Shown: positions 42,435 to 51,530, counted from the first letter of the stretch. The stretch: 64,000 nucleotides of DNA from an uncultured Anaerolineaceae bacterium (GCA_964446575.1 CAYUOX010000062.1:19871-83870); one strand, 5' to 3'. A program made the numbers and translations. The notes: a model not told the origin generated them from the letters alone.

Positions 42435-43358
42435 TTACAGCCGCAGGCGCACGCTGTGTTCTTCGCCGAACAAGCCGTAGGGCCGGAAGGTCAAGATCAG
42501 CAACACGATGCTATAGGCCACCAAATCGCGCATGGTCGAGGTCAAGGCCGCGGCGACCAGAATCTCGATGAAGCCCAACAAGAAGCCCCCGGCCACCGCG
42601 CCTAAAATCGAACCCCGGCCACCCAGAATGGCCGCCACAAAGGCCTTCCATCCGATCAACACGCCCAAGTATGGGTCCAGCACCGGGTACGCCATGCCAA
42701 ACAGCACCCCGGCCGCGCCGGCCAGGGCCGAGCCCAAGGCAAACGTGAAGGCAATGATAAGGTCCAACGGCACGCCCATCAGCGGGATGACCGCATAATC
42801 GTAGGACATCGCCCGCATGGCCATGCCCACTTTGGTTTTCTGAATGAACAGGTGCAACAGCACCATGAGCACCACGGCCAACACGATGGTGAGGAGTTTG
42901 AGGTTGGTCACCTGCACTGGGCCGATCTGGAAGGTCGAGACCTCGATCAACGACGGAAAATTGCGGCGGCTCGCGCCCAAGCGCCACAGCACCAGCGTCT
43001 CTAAAAAAATGCCCACCATCAAGCCGGTGATGGCCGCGGAGGCTCGCGGGGCGTCGCGCAAAGGCCGATAGGCCACCCGCTCCACCGCGATGCCGATGAA
43101 CGAGGCCAAAAACATGGTCAACAGCAAGGTCAGCACGAACACGACCACGCCCGAAAAGGGCAAGGTTCCACCTAAGGCCAACCCCAGCAAAACGGTTGCG
43201 ACGAAATAACCAATGTAACTCGCCACCATGAACACATCGCCATGGGCGAAATTGAACAGCATCAAAATGCTGTAAACCATGCTGTAACCCAAGGCGATCA
43301 GGGCGTAAAAACTACCCCATTGCAGCGCGTTGAACAGTTGTTGGGCCACTTGGGACAT
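42435..43358 (-). CDS. livH: branched-chain amino acid ABC transporter permease LivH
   Basis: Track ORF starts at TTG 43379; ATG at 43358 follows GAGG. LFNALQWGSFYALIALGYSMVYSILMLFNFAHGD is the LivH N-terminal signature. Confidence 0.8.
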   Translation of the reverse strand: MSQVAQQLFNALQWGSFYALIALGYSMVYSILMLFNFAHGDVFMVASYIGYFVATVLLGLALGGTLPFSGVVVFVLTLLLTMFLASFIGIAVERVAYRPLRDAPRASAAITGLMVGIFLETLVLWRLGASRRNFPSLIEVSTFQIGPVQVTNLKLLTIVLAVVLMVLLHLFIQKTKVGMAMRAMSYDYAVIPLMGVPLDLIIAFTFALGSALAGAAGVLFGMAYPVLDPYLGVLIGWKAFVAAILGGRGSILGAVAGGFLLGFIEILVAAALTSTMRDLVAYSIVLLILTFRPYGLFGEEHSVRLRL

Positions 43359-43407
43359 AGGCGCCTCGTCAGTGGGCAAAGGTCAGGCTGCCTGAGTTGG
43401 ATGCGCC

Positions 43408-43430
43408 GATTATACCACAGTGGTATAATC
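43408..43430. promoter_or_regulatory. perfect 23-bp palindrome carrying back-to-back extended -10 boxes (livH <-> lepB)
   Basis: GATTATACCAC-a-GTGGTATAATC. It reads TGgTATAAT on the plus strand (43421..43429) and, by symmetry, on the minus strand (43417..43409). Confidence 0.6.
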
Positions 43431-43488
43431 TTCAACCGTGCGCAATCTCATTTCTTCAGCCCCGCGCAAGGGGACGCTTAGGGCGGCC

Positions 43489-44142
43489 ATGTACGACTCT
43501 GAAATACACAACCCCACATCCGACGAGACGTTGCTCCCCAACGAGGAGGAAGCGCCTGCCGGCGGCTTCTGGCGGGCCATGGGCCGTTTCTTGCGCGAGA
43601 CGTTCTACACGCTCTTCCTCACTGCCGCGCTCTACATCGTGCTCAACACCCTCACGGCCCGCATCCGGGTCGAGGGCTACAGCATGGTGCCGACCTTGCG
43701 CGGCGGCGAATTCGTGCTGGTCTATCGCCTGGCCTATCGGTTCGGACGCCAGCCCCACCGGGGCGACATCATTGTCTTTCGCCCCAACGACAACGGGTTG
43801 GGCGATTATATCAAACGGGTCATCGGCCTGCCCGGCGATGAGGTGCTCATTCAAAACGGCACGGTCTTCATCAACAATCGCCCTTTGGACGAGCCCTATA
43901 TCATGGAAAAACCCCGCTACAACGGCTATTGGAAGGTCCCACCAGGGCACATTTTCGTGCTGGGCGACAACCGCAACCACTCGACGGACTCGCACATCTT
44001 AGGGCCCATCCCCTTAGAGCGCGTGTTGGGGCAAGCCGTGCTGGTCTATTGGCCGCCTTCGCGCGTGCGTTGGTTGTTACCGACGCAACCCGACACATCC
44101 AACCTGGTCACCACGGCGGCGACCCCGTCCTTCCGCCCCTGA
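43489..44142 (+). CDS. lepB: signal peptidase I
   Basis: Track ORF starts at GTG 43438, only 8 nt after a -10 box; ATG at 43489 is preferred. S26 motifs GYSMVPTL, GDIIVF, KRVIGLPGD and GDNRNHSTDS. Confidence 0.8.
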   Translation: MYDSEIHNPTSDETLLPNEEEAPAGGFWRAMGRFLRETFYTLFLTAALYIVLNTLTARIRVEGYSMVPTLRGGEFVLVYRLAYRFGRQPHRGDIIVFRPNDNGLGDYIKRVIGLPGDEVLIQNGTVFINNRPLDEPYIMEKPRYNGYWKVPPGHIFVLGDNRNHSTDSHILGPIPLERVLGQAVLVYWPPSRVRWLLPTQPDTSNLVTTAATPSFRP

Positions 44143-44196
44143 CAACTCTCCTTTTTTGTTTTGGATACGCGCGGATAGTGTTGTTTTTCACTATCC

Positions 44197-44231
44197 TTGA
44201 CCGCGCGCGGTGCATATACTAAAGTATGCAC
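44197..44231 (+). promoter_or_regulatory. candidate ArsR-family gene promoter (TTGACC-17 nt-TAAAGT) with overlapping operator-like inverted repeat
   Basis: -35 at 44197..44202 and -10 at 44220..44225. The inverted repeat GTGCATA-N8-TATGCAC (44210..44231) spans the spacer and the -10 box. Confidence 0.5.
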
Positions 44232-44301
44232 ATATCCAAACTTAGCCGACCGTGCAAACGCGTGGGCCAACCTTCTGACCACCCACCTGAGGAGGGCTCT
44301 C

Positions 44302-44655
44302 ATGGTCGCTTTAGCCGATATGACCAACGAAAGCGTACAACTGCACGCTTATTTGTGCAGCGGCTTGGCCGATGCCAAGCGCATCGCCATCCTTTATCTG
44401 TTGGCCGAAGGGCCGAAGAACGTGAACACCTTGGCCCGCACTTTGGGCATCTCCCAGCCCACGGTGTCGCGACATCTCAAAATTCTGCGCGAGCGGGGCT
44501 TAGTCCGGGCCCAACGGCGCAAGCAGGCTGTGTATTACACCCTCAACGACCGCCGTGTCATCGAGGCGTTGGACCTGCTGCGGGATGTGATGCGCGACCA
44601 TCTCCTGAGCCAAGCCCACCTGCTCAGCCCCGACGCCCCTTCCACCGCGGGCTAA
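44302..44655 (+). CDS. ArsR/SmtB family transcriptional regulator
   Basis: Track ORF 44197..44655; ATG at 44302 follows GAGGAGGG. Winged HTH LADAKRIAILYLLAEGPKNVNTLARTLGISQPTVSRHLKILRERGLV. Confidence 0.8.
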   Translation: MVALADMTNESVQLHAYLCSGLADAKRIAILYLLAEGPKNVNTLARTLGISQPTVSRHLKILRERGLVRAQRRKQAVYYTLNDRRVIEALDLLRDVMRDHLLSQAHLLSPDAPSTAG

Positions 44656-44715
44656 CACGACGGTAGGGGCAATGGCGGCCGCGCGGCCCAAACCCACGTC
44701 AAGGCCCGCGTCGCG

Positions 44716-45909
44716 TCAAGGCCGTTCGTCCAAAACCACACGCACATCTCGCACCTCGCCCTCCCGAACGATGCGCACGAGGACCTTGTCGCCCACGCGA
44801 TAGTTCTGTTCCAACCACAAGCGCAGTTCGCGTTCGGTGGGCGTTGGGTGCCCATCCACGGCCACAATGACGTCTCCCCCTACGGGCAGCAACAGGTGCC
44901 CCAATTGCACGGTGCGCCGCCCGCCTTGGATGCCGGCCCGATCCGCAGGGCTTCCTGGGTAGACCGCGACCACCAACAACCCCTGCTCAGGTACCGCGTA
45001 GCCCAAACGACGCAACGCCCGGGCCACAGGCGGCCGCAGTTCATACGTGTAGCCTTCCACCCCCAACCACGGGTGCCGATAGTAGCCCTGCGCGATCAAC
45101 TCGGGCACCACCCGGGCCACGGTGTGTGCCGGAATGGCAAAGCCGATGCCCGCGTTCGCGCCCGAGGGCGAAAAGATGGCCGTGTTCACGCCGATGACCC
45201 GCCCCTCCAAATCCAACAACGGCCCGCCCGAATTGCCCGGATTGATGGCCGCATCGGTTTGGATCACCTCGCCAATGAAACTACCGTCTTCGCTGCGAAT
45301 CACCCGACCCAGCGCGCTAATGATGCCCGCGGTCATGGTTCGATCCAGGCCAAAGGGGTTGCCAATGGCCACCACCCGCTGCCCCACACGCAAGCGCAGC
45401 GAATCGCCCAAGGGCAACGGCGGCACGTGAGGCTGCGGCTGCCCCGGCGGCACTTGCCACTGTAACACCGCCAAGTCGTTGGGCGGGTCCACGCCAACCA
45501 CACGCGCGGGCAGCCGCGTGCCATCGGCCAGCGCGACCTCGATTTCTTGCGCGCCGCGCACCACATGGAAGTTGGTCACGATATGCCCTTGCTCATCCCA
45601 CACAAAACCCGAACCTGTACCCTCCCGCGGGCGCACCTCCCAGAACAGGGTATAGGCATAGGTGCGCGTGGTGATGTGCACCACGCTGACGCTGGCCCGT
45701 TCATAGAGATTTTCCAACCACACTTCTTCGGCGCGTAACAATGGCAAGACATCGGGCACGAGGGTTGGGGGGATGTCCTCCGGTTGGGGCGATGGCGTGG
45801 GTGTCAAGGCCAAGGGCGCGGCCCGCCCGCGCGCGGCCCACAACGCCCACAGCAAAGCCGCCAGCAGGCCCAAAAAGAACCACGGTAGTCGTCTCCAGCG
45901 CAAACGCAT
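44716..45909 (-). CDS. htrA: HtrA/DegP-family serine protease with PDZ domain
   Basis: ORF 44716..45909. N-terminal anchor and catalytic triad context TNFHVV, DLAVLQ and GNSGGPLL, with a C-terminal PDZ-like region. Confidence 0.85.
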   Translation of the reverse strand: MRLRWRRLPWFFLGLLAALLWALWAARGRAAPLALTPTPSPQPEDIPPTLVPDVLPLLRAEEVWLENLYERASVSVVHITTRTYAYTLFWEVRPREGTGSGFVWDEQGHIVTNFHVVRGAQEIEVALADGTRLPARVVGVDPPNDLAVLQWQVPPGQPQPHVPPLPLGDSLRLRVGQRVVAIGNPFGLDRTMTAGIISALGRVIRSEDGSFIGEVIQTDAAINPGNSGGPLLDLEGRVIGVNTAIFSPSGANAGIGFAIPAHTVARVVPELIAQGYYRHPWLGVEGYTYELRPPVARALRRLGYAVPEQGLLVVAVYPGSPADRAGIQGGRRTVQLGHLLLPVGGDVIVAVDGHPTPTERELRLWLEQNYRVGDKVLVRIVREGEVRDVRVVLDERP

Positions 45910-45948
45910 GACTTCCCTCCTCTGGGGCCGCGCGCCGCCATGCCAGGC

Positions 45949-46992
45949 TCACGCGCCGCTCAAGGGGAACTCCGGCCAAGTGGTGATGGGCTGCACCGTG
46001 GTCACCCGGTGCGCGCCGCGGGCGACGAAACGCACAAAGGCCTCGTTGGCTGCGGCGGTGAAATCCGCGCCCGGCACCACGACCGGTGAGGTCGTATCTT
46101 CCAACAAGTAGATGCGCCCAGCCAAGTAGCCCAACCCGCGCGCGTCCAACGCGTTGAGCAAATCGTTGACCGTCCAGGCGACGCAGTGGCTTTTGGCTTG
46201 GCCGGTGATAATGACCGCGTCGTAACGCTGCACGACTTCCACCAGCGCGTCGTTGGGCGGCACCAACGGGCGCCCTTGCAAATCCGTGTTGACCTCAGGC
46301 TTCAAGGCCGAATAATGCTCGGTCAAGGGATGTGACCCTTTGAGGATCAATTGGGGCTGGGCATAACGCGCGACACTGTGGAAGAAGATGGCCTCTTCAA
46401 CCGCGGACACCAGGGCATGCCCAATGCCGCCCAGCATGGCGTGAAAAGGCCAAATGGTGTGCTTGTATTTGCCTTGGGCCTCCAAAGTGCGCACATAATG
46501 CTGCACATATTGCTGCGCCTGTTCGGGCTGTAACCCCAACGCGTCAGCCAACGCGGGGTTGAAGCGCCAGCGGCCGGCCTCCACATCTTCCACCGTGATT
46601 TGGGTGAACGGTTCGGGGTGTTGCCCTTGCTCGTCAACCCAAAACGGGGGATGAAAGATCTGCATGGGCAAATGCGTATCCAGCGTGGCCACGATGTGGG
46701 TCAATATGCCCAAGTGGCGATAGATGAAGGCCACCAAGCGCTGATTGTCCTCCACCGCGCCCCGCCCCGAAGGGCCGGCCACGAACAATTCGAAATCGGG
46801 CAGGCAAAATGTGTTTTGCACATCGATGAGGACCAACGCAATGCGGGGCCGATCTTGCGCCGCGGGCTGCAAGCCATGGGTTTGAGCCCACGCGCGCGCG
46901 TCTTCAAAGCGCCGCGCGTAGTCAACACGCCAGACCTGCGCGACCCGCTCGGGGTCAAAATGGGGCGGCAAAGGCAAAGGACGGAAGGCCAT
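45949..46992 (-). CDS. isochorismatase-fold cysteine hydrolase family protein (nicotinamidase-like)
   Basis: ORF 45949..46992, ATG after [22 protein letters not shown] and [20 protein letters not shown] give the Asp/Lys/Cys pattern, with a large insertion relative to minimal family members. Confidence 0.65.
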   Translation of the reverse strand: MAFRPLPLPPHFDPERVAQVWRVDYARRFEDARAWAQTHGLQPAAQDRPRIALVLIDVQNTFCLPDFELFVAGPSGRGAVEDNQRLVAFIYRHLGILTHIVATLDTHLPMQIFHPPFWVDEQGQHPEPFTQITVEDVEAGRWRFNPALADALGLQPEQAQQYVQHYVRTLEAQGKYKHTIWPFHAMLGGIGHALVSAVEEAIFFHSVARYAQPQLILKGSHPLTEHYSALKPEVNTDLQGRPLVPPNDALVEVVQRYDAVIITGQAKSHCVAWTVNDLLNALDARGLGYLAGRIYLLEDTTSPVVVPGADFTAAANEAFVRFVARGAHRVTTVQPITTWPEFPLSGA

Positions 46993-47132
46993 TGATCACC
47001 TCCCTCATCGCCGAAGACTGGGCGGAATCGGTCAGCACCTTCATTATACAGAGAATGCCATCGCAGGGGGCGTGTTATAATTCGTGCCCCTGAATCGGCC
47101 AAATCGCGCTTGACACCCCCCGAGGTGCATCT

Positions 47133-47516
47133 ATGAAGGCGAAAGTGTTGGTGTTAGAAGACGAAGCCCCGCTGAACGATCTGTACACCCGTGTGTTGGC
47201 TCGCGCGGGCTTTGCCGTGGATCAGGCCTATTCGTTGGCCGAAGCGCGCGCGTTTTTGGAACAAGGGCCTTATGACTTCTTCGTCGTGGACATTCGCTTG
47301 CCTGACGGCATTGCGACCGAGTTGTTGCGGGAATATCGCGAGAGGCTCACGGCCCAGGGCACGCAAGTGGTGATTCTCACGGCTGAAGCGCGCTATCGCA
47401 TGGAACTCGCAGAGATGGGCTATGAGCATTATTTTGAGAAGCCCATTTCGCTGCAAATGCTGAGCACGTTTCTACAACGGCTGTGGCAGGCCCGCCAACA
47501 GGGATTGGGCGCCTAA
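47133..47516 (+). CDS. single-domain response regulator (CheY-like receiver)
   Basis: ORF 47133..47516, ATG after GAGGTG. Contains KVLVLEDE and the phospho-acceptor context FFVVDIRLPDG. 127 aa with no output domain. Confidence 0.8.
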   Translation: MKAKVLVLEDEAPLNDLYTRVLARAGFAVDQAYSLAEARAFLEQGPYDFFVVDIRLPDGIATELLREYRERLTAQGTQVVILTAEARYRMELAEMGYEHYFEKPISLQMLSTFLQRLWQARQQGLGA

Positions 47517-47639
47517 CCACGTCGTGCGGTCGGGGCCCTGGGCAACCACGGCGCGAAACTTTGCCCCCGCACCCATACGAGGCAACGCGGTGCAACGCGC
47601 GCCGCGCGAACGGCGTACTGCGAAGACGCGCCACCCCCT

Positions 47640-47700
47640 GGCCGGGCCACGCCGCGCGGCCGCTGGGCACGCGGCCGCCGGGCGAGGCAGCGCCTCGCCC
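47640..47700. repeat. GC-rich repeat unit copy 1 (24-nt exact direct repeat plus 9-bp hairpin)
   Basis: GGCCGGGCCACGCCGCGCGGCCGC at 47640..47663 is repeated exactly at 47865..47888. Hairpin GGGCGAGGC-agc-GCCTCGCCC lies at 47680..47700 and is followed by CTAC. Confidence 0.7.
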
Positions 47701-47746
47701 CTACTACCCGCCAACTTCCAACGCGCCGACCCCATCCCCCCTTGGT

Positions 47747-47773
47747 CCCCCTTCCCCTACGAGGGGAAGGGGG
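47747..47773. repeat. perfect hairpin H1: CCCCCTTCCCCT-acg-AGGGGAAGGGGG
   Basis: 12-bp perfect stem with a polypyrimidine 5' arm, a polypurine 3' arm and an ACG loop. Confidence 0.7.
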
Positions 47774-47811
47774 GAGATGGTTCGCGTGAGGCGCGGGGCA
47801 GGCCCGCATCG

Positions 47812-47852
47812 CCCCTCCCCCTTTACGAAAGGGGGAGGGGTTGGGGAGGGGG
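47812..47852. repeat. perfect hairpin H2 (CCCCTCCCCCTTT-acg-AAAGGGGGAGGGG) overlapping a four-tract G-run (G5-A-G4-TT-G4-A-G5)
   Basis: 13-bp perfect stem at 47812..47840 with the same ACG loop as H1. G-tracts at 47831..47852 fit the canonical G-quadruplex pattern. Confidence 0.7.
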
Positions 47853-47864
47853 ATTCAACCCGCG

Positions 47865-47929
47865 GGCCGGGCCACGCCGCGCGGCCGCCGGGCCCGCGGC
47901 CCCGGTCCGGGCGACCTGCCGGGTCGCCC
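47865..47929. repeat. GC-rich repeat unit copy 2 (24-nt exact direct repeat plus 8-bp hairpin)
   Basis: Exact 24-mer at 47865..47888. Hairpin GGGCGACC-tgccg-GGTCGCCC lies at 47909..47929 and is followed by CTAC. The stem differs from copy 1 by paired changes on both arms. Confidence 0.7.
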
Positions 47930-47992
47930 CTACCCGCTGCGCCCTTCTGCCCGCTCCCAGCGGTGGGGTATGGTTCCGTGGCGCTGGACCCC

Positions 47993-48020
47993 TTGACGCA
48001 GCCGCCCCTTGTGGTATCCT
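47993..48020 (+). promoter_or_regulatory. candidate ychF promoter (TTGACG-16 nt-TGgTATCCT)
   Basis: -35 at 47993..47998 and an extended -10 at 48012..48020, 35 nt upstream of the ychF ATG. Confidence 0.4.
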
Positions 48021-48054
48021 CGTTCGGTCATACCTTCCCCCGGAGGACGCGGCC

Positions 48055-49119
48055 ATGCAATTGGGTCTGGTTGGCTTGCCCCAGAGTGGCAAGACCACGG
48101 TGTTCAACGCCTTGACCGGCAGTGATGTGCCCTTGGCCATGACCGGCCACCGTTTCGAAGTGCATACCGCGGTGGTGGATGTGCCCGATCCGCGCGTGGA
48201 CGCGCTGGCCGAACGCTTTGGGTCGCGCAAACGCACTTATGCCAAGGTGACTTACGCGGACATCGCGGGCTTGAGCGGTCAGGCTGGCGGCGAACTGCCG
48301 GGGCCGCTGCGCAATCTGTTGGGCCAGATGGACGCACTGGTGCATGTGGTGCGGGCCTTTGACAACCCCCAAGTTCCCCACCCCGCGGGGTCGGTGGACC
48401 CCGCGCGCGACATCGCCGCGCTGGAGCAGGAACTGCTGCTGCACGACTTGGTGACGGTAGAGCGTCGCCTGGCACGGTTGGCCGAAGAACGGCAAAAGGG
48501 CGCCCGACCGAAGGACGACATCGCCCGCGAACGCGCGCTGTTCGAGCGGCTGTATGCCGCGCTGGAGGCCGGCCAGCCGTTGCGGGCTTTGGATTTTTCG
48601 CCTGCAGAGGCCCGAATTCTGGCTGGCTTTGGCTTGCTCACCCGCAAGCCCATGTTGGTGCTGCTCAACATCGGCGACGACGATGAGCCCCCGACCATCG
48701 AGACGCCCAGTCCGCGCACCCGCATTGTCGCGCTGCGCGGCCGCTTGGAGATGGAACTGGCCCAAATGGAGCCTGAGGAAGCCGCCTACTTTCGCCGGGA
48801 ATATGGCCTGACGGAGTCCGCGCTGGAGCAGGTGGTGCGCTTGTCCTATGCCTTGTTGGATCGTCTCACCTTTTACACCGTGGGGGAAAAAGAATCTCGG
48901 GCCTGGTCCTTGCCGCGGGGCAGCACCGCGCTGGACGCCGCGGCCGCGATCCACACCGACTTGGCTCGCGGCTTCATTCGCGCCGAAGTGATCCATTACG
49001 ACGAATTGATGGCCTTGGGCGATTGGGCCGCGGCCCGAGCCGCCGGCAAAATCCGCCTGGAGGGCAAGGACTACGTGGTGCAGGATGGCGATGTGCTGTT
49101 GATTCGCTTCGCCCCTTGA
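48055..49119 (+). CDS. ychF: redox-regulated ATPase YchF
   Basis: 3' part of track ORF 47524..49119; ATG at 48055 follows [28 protein letters not shown] is followed by the C-terminal TGS-like region (…[19 protein letters not shown]). Confidence 0.9.
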   Translation: MQLGLVGLPQSGKTTVFNALTGSDVPLAMTGHRFEVHTAVVDVPDPRVDALAERFGSRKRTYAKVTYADIAGLSGQAGGELPGPLRNLLGQMDALVHVVRAFDNPQVPHPAGSVDPARDIAALEQELLLHDLVTVERRLARLAEERQKGARPKDDIARERALFERLYAALEAGQPLRALDFSPAEARILAGFGLLTRKPMLVLLNIGDDDEPPTIETPSPRTRIVALRGRLEMELAQMEPEEAAYFRREYGLTESALEQVVRLSYALLDRLTFYTVGEKESRAWSLPRGSTALDAAAAIHTDLARGFIRAEVIHYDELMALGDWAAARAAGKIRLEGKDYVVQDGDVLLIRFAP

Positions 49120-49315
49120 CGTGCCCCGGCCGCGAAGAAACCGTCCGCTGCCGATTTGCGCATCGCCCCACAGCCGCGAGGTTGCGCAAGCCGTACATCA
49201 TGACCAACCACAGATGCCGTCTGCCCGCGGATGGCGTATAATGGAAAAGAACGCCGCGCGCCCCCGGGGCCTGCGGCGCGTTGTTGGATGTCATCTTGAC
49301 GCAAGGAGCAATGCC

Positions 49316-51214
49316 ATGTCTCGACCGTTTACCCCCACGCCTCTCAAGCGCCGCTATCCGGTGCCTTCGGACATCGAAATCGCGCAAGAGGCCGAACTCA
49401 AGCCCATCACCCAAGTAGCCGAAGAGGCGGGCATCTTGCCCGAGGAACTGGAACTGTACGGCCCCTATAAGGCTAAGGTCAAACTGGAGATTTTGGAGCG
49501 CTTGAAGGATCGGCCCAACGGCAAATACATCGTAGTCACGGCCATCACCCCGACGCCTCTGGGCGAAGGCAAGACCACCACAACAGTGGGTTTGAGCCAG
49601 GCTTTGGGCGCTCACTTGGGCCAGCGGGTGTTCACCGCCATTCGGCAGCCCAGCATGGGCCCCACCTTCGGCATCAAGGGCGGTGCAGCCGGTGGCGGCT
49701 ACAGCCAGGTCATCCCCATGGAGGACTTCAACCTGCACCTCACCGGCGACATTCACGCGGTGAGCATTGCCACCAACTTGCTGGCGGCCGCCCTCGACAC
49801 CCGCATGTTCCATGAGTCCCGCCAGAGCGACGAAGCCCTGTTTCGACGTCTCTTCCCGGTGAAGAACGGCGTGCGCCAGATCCCGCGTGGCTATCGCTAT
49901 CGCATGGAGAAACTGGGCATCAAGCCCGAGGACTTGGACAACTTGACGCCCGAGCAACGGCGCAAATTGGTGCGCTTGGACGTCGACCCGGCGACCATCA
50001 CCCTGCGCCGGGTGGTGGATGTGAACGACCGCCTGCTGCGCGAGGTGGAAATCGGCTTGGGGCCTGACGAGAAGGGCTTTACCCGGCGCACAGGCTTCGA
50101 CATCAGCGTGGCCAGTGAGATCATGGCCATCTTGGCTTTGGCCACCAGCCTCAAAGACCTGCGCGAGCGTCTGGGGCGCATTGTGGTCGGCCTCGACCGA
50201 GAAGGCAACCCCGTTACCGCGGAGGACTTGGCCGTCGCGGGCGCGCTCACGGTGCTGATGAAAGACGCGCTCAAGCCCAACCTGATGCAAACCCTGGAAG
50301 GCACACCGGTCTTTGTGCACGCGGGGCCTTTCGCCAACATCGCCCACGGCAACAGTTCCATTGTGGCCGACTACATCGCGCTTAAGTTGGCCGATTATGT
50401 GGTCACCGAGGCCGGCTTCGGCGCGGACATTGGCTTCGAGAAGTTCGCGGACATCAAAACGCGCTACTCGGGCTTGACCCCCAACGCGGCCGTCATGGTC
50501 GCCACCGTGCGCGCGCTCAAGATGCATGGCGGTGGCCCCAAAGTCACGCCAGGCAAGCCCCTGGACCCGGCCTACACCCAAGAGAATCTGGAACTGCTGC
50601 GCGCGGGCCTGCCCAACCTGATCCACCACATCCAAACCGTGCGCAAGTACGGCATCCCGGTGGTCGTGGCGATCAACGCGTTCTCGACCGACACGCCGGC
50701 CGAGCACGAGATGATCCGCCAAGCCGCGCTGGAGGCTGGCGCGTTCGACGCGGTGGTCACCCGCCACTGGGAATTGGGCGGTGAGGGCGCTATCGACCTG
50801 GCCAAGGCCGTCATGAAGGCCACCGAGCAGCCTTCCCAATTCCGCTTCTTGTATGACCTCGATCTGCCCATCAAGGAGAAGATCGAGATCATCGCTCGGG
50901 AGGTTTACGGCGCGGATGGGGTGGACTTCGAGCCATTGGCCGAGGAGCGCATTGCCGAATACACCCGCCTGGGCTACGACAAACTGCCCATCTGCATCGC
51001 CAAGACCCACCTGAGCATCAGCCATGACCCGAATCTCAAAGGCGCGCCGCGAGGTTTCCGGGTGCCTGTGCGTGACATTCGCTTGTCTGCGGGCGCGGGC
51101 TTCTTGTACCCGCTGGTGGGGAAGATCCGCACCATGCCGGGCTTGCCCACGCGGCCGGCCTACATGAACGTGGATGTCGATCTGGAGACGGGCCGCGTTG
51201 TGGGGCTCTTCTAA
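49316..51214 (+). CDS. fhs: formate--tetrahydrofolate ligase
   Basis: 3' part of track ORF 49121..51214; ATG at 49316 lies 7 nt after [16 protein letters not shown]..., [16 protein letters not shown] and the full ~630 aa length. Confidence 0.95.
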   Translation: MSRPFTPTPLKRRYPVPSDIEIAQEAELKPITQVAEEAGILPEELELYGPYKAKVKLEILERLKDRPNGKYIVVTAITPTPLGEGKTTTTVGLSQALGAHLGQRVFTAIRQPSMGPTFGIKGGAAGGGYSQVIPMEDFNLHLTGDIHAVSIATNLLAAALDTRMFHESRQSDEALFRRLFPVKNGVRQIPRGYRYRMEKLGIKPEDLDNLTPEQRRKLVRLDVDPATITLRRVVDVNDRLLREVEIGLGPDEKGFTRRTGFDISVASEIMAILALATSLKDLRERLGRIVVGLDREGNPVTAEDLAVAGALTVLMKDALKPNLMQTLEGTPVFVHAGPFANIAHGNSSIVADYIALKLADYVVTEAGFGADIGFEKFADIKTRYSGLTPNAAVMVATVRALKMHGGGPKVTPGKPLDPAYTQENLELLRAGLPNLIHHIQTVRKYGIPVVVAINAFSTDTPAEHEMIRQAALEAGAFDAVVTRHWELGGEGAIDLAKAVMKATEQPSQFRFLYDLDLPIKEKIEIIAREVYGADGVDFEPLAEERIAEYTRLGYDKLPICIAKTHLSISHDPNLKGAPRGFRVPVRDIRLSAGAGFLYPLVGKIRTMPGLPTRPAYMNVDVDLETGRVVGLF

Positions 51215-51266
51215 GCCGATTTGGCGGGGGACGCCCTCCGGTGCGGCCGAGCCATGCCTCAATGAC

Positions 51267-51300
51267 ACGCCCGGGTAGGGAGACCTGCCCGGGCGTTTTC
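51267..51300 (+). terminator. intrinsic terminator of fhs
   Basis: ACGCCCGGG-12 nt loop-CCCGGGCGT followed by TTTTC, about 50 nt after the fhs stop. Confidence 0.75.
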
Positions 51301-51530
51301 ATCGCGCGTAGATGTGGCCGCGGCCCAGGGATCGCGCCGGCGCGTAGGCCCGGGCCGGCCTTGCGCTGCCCTTGGCGCGCGGCCCAGCCCCATGCGGCCG
51401 CGAACGACCTCGCAGCCCGGCCCAGGCCGCGCGCGGCCCAACTGGTCAGCCCTTCGGCGCGGGACGCGTTTTCTTCGGGGTTGCAGCACCTTGACCGGGC
51501 CCGATGTGGGGCTGCCTCTTGGGGCCAGGC

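Noticed and set aside
47524-48054. N-terminal 177-aa extension of the ychF ORF (and overlapping ORF 47483..48115)
   Set aside because: The extension translates the GC-rich repeat and hairpin region into Pro/Arg/Gly-rich sequence. A promoter candidate and a GGAGGA RBS sit immediately before the conserved YchF N-terminus [14 protein letters not shown] at 48055.
49120-49315. ZTP (pfl) riboswitch upstream of fhs, and Moco riboswitch upstream of moaA (12875..13008)
   Set aside because: Both gene families are often riboswitch-controlled. The conserved cores (for example CCGCCUGGGC for ZTP) are absent. The leaders downstream of the visible -10 boxes are too short (about 70 nt and about 35 nt).
48974-51268. 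764-aa minus-strand ORF opposite fhs
   Set aside because: It is antisense to an unambiguous formate-tetrahydrofolate ligase. The composition is biased (Gly/Arg/His/Val/Asp) and there is no recognisable domain or RBS.
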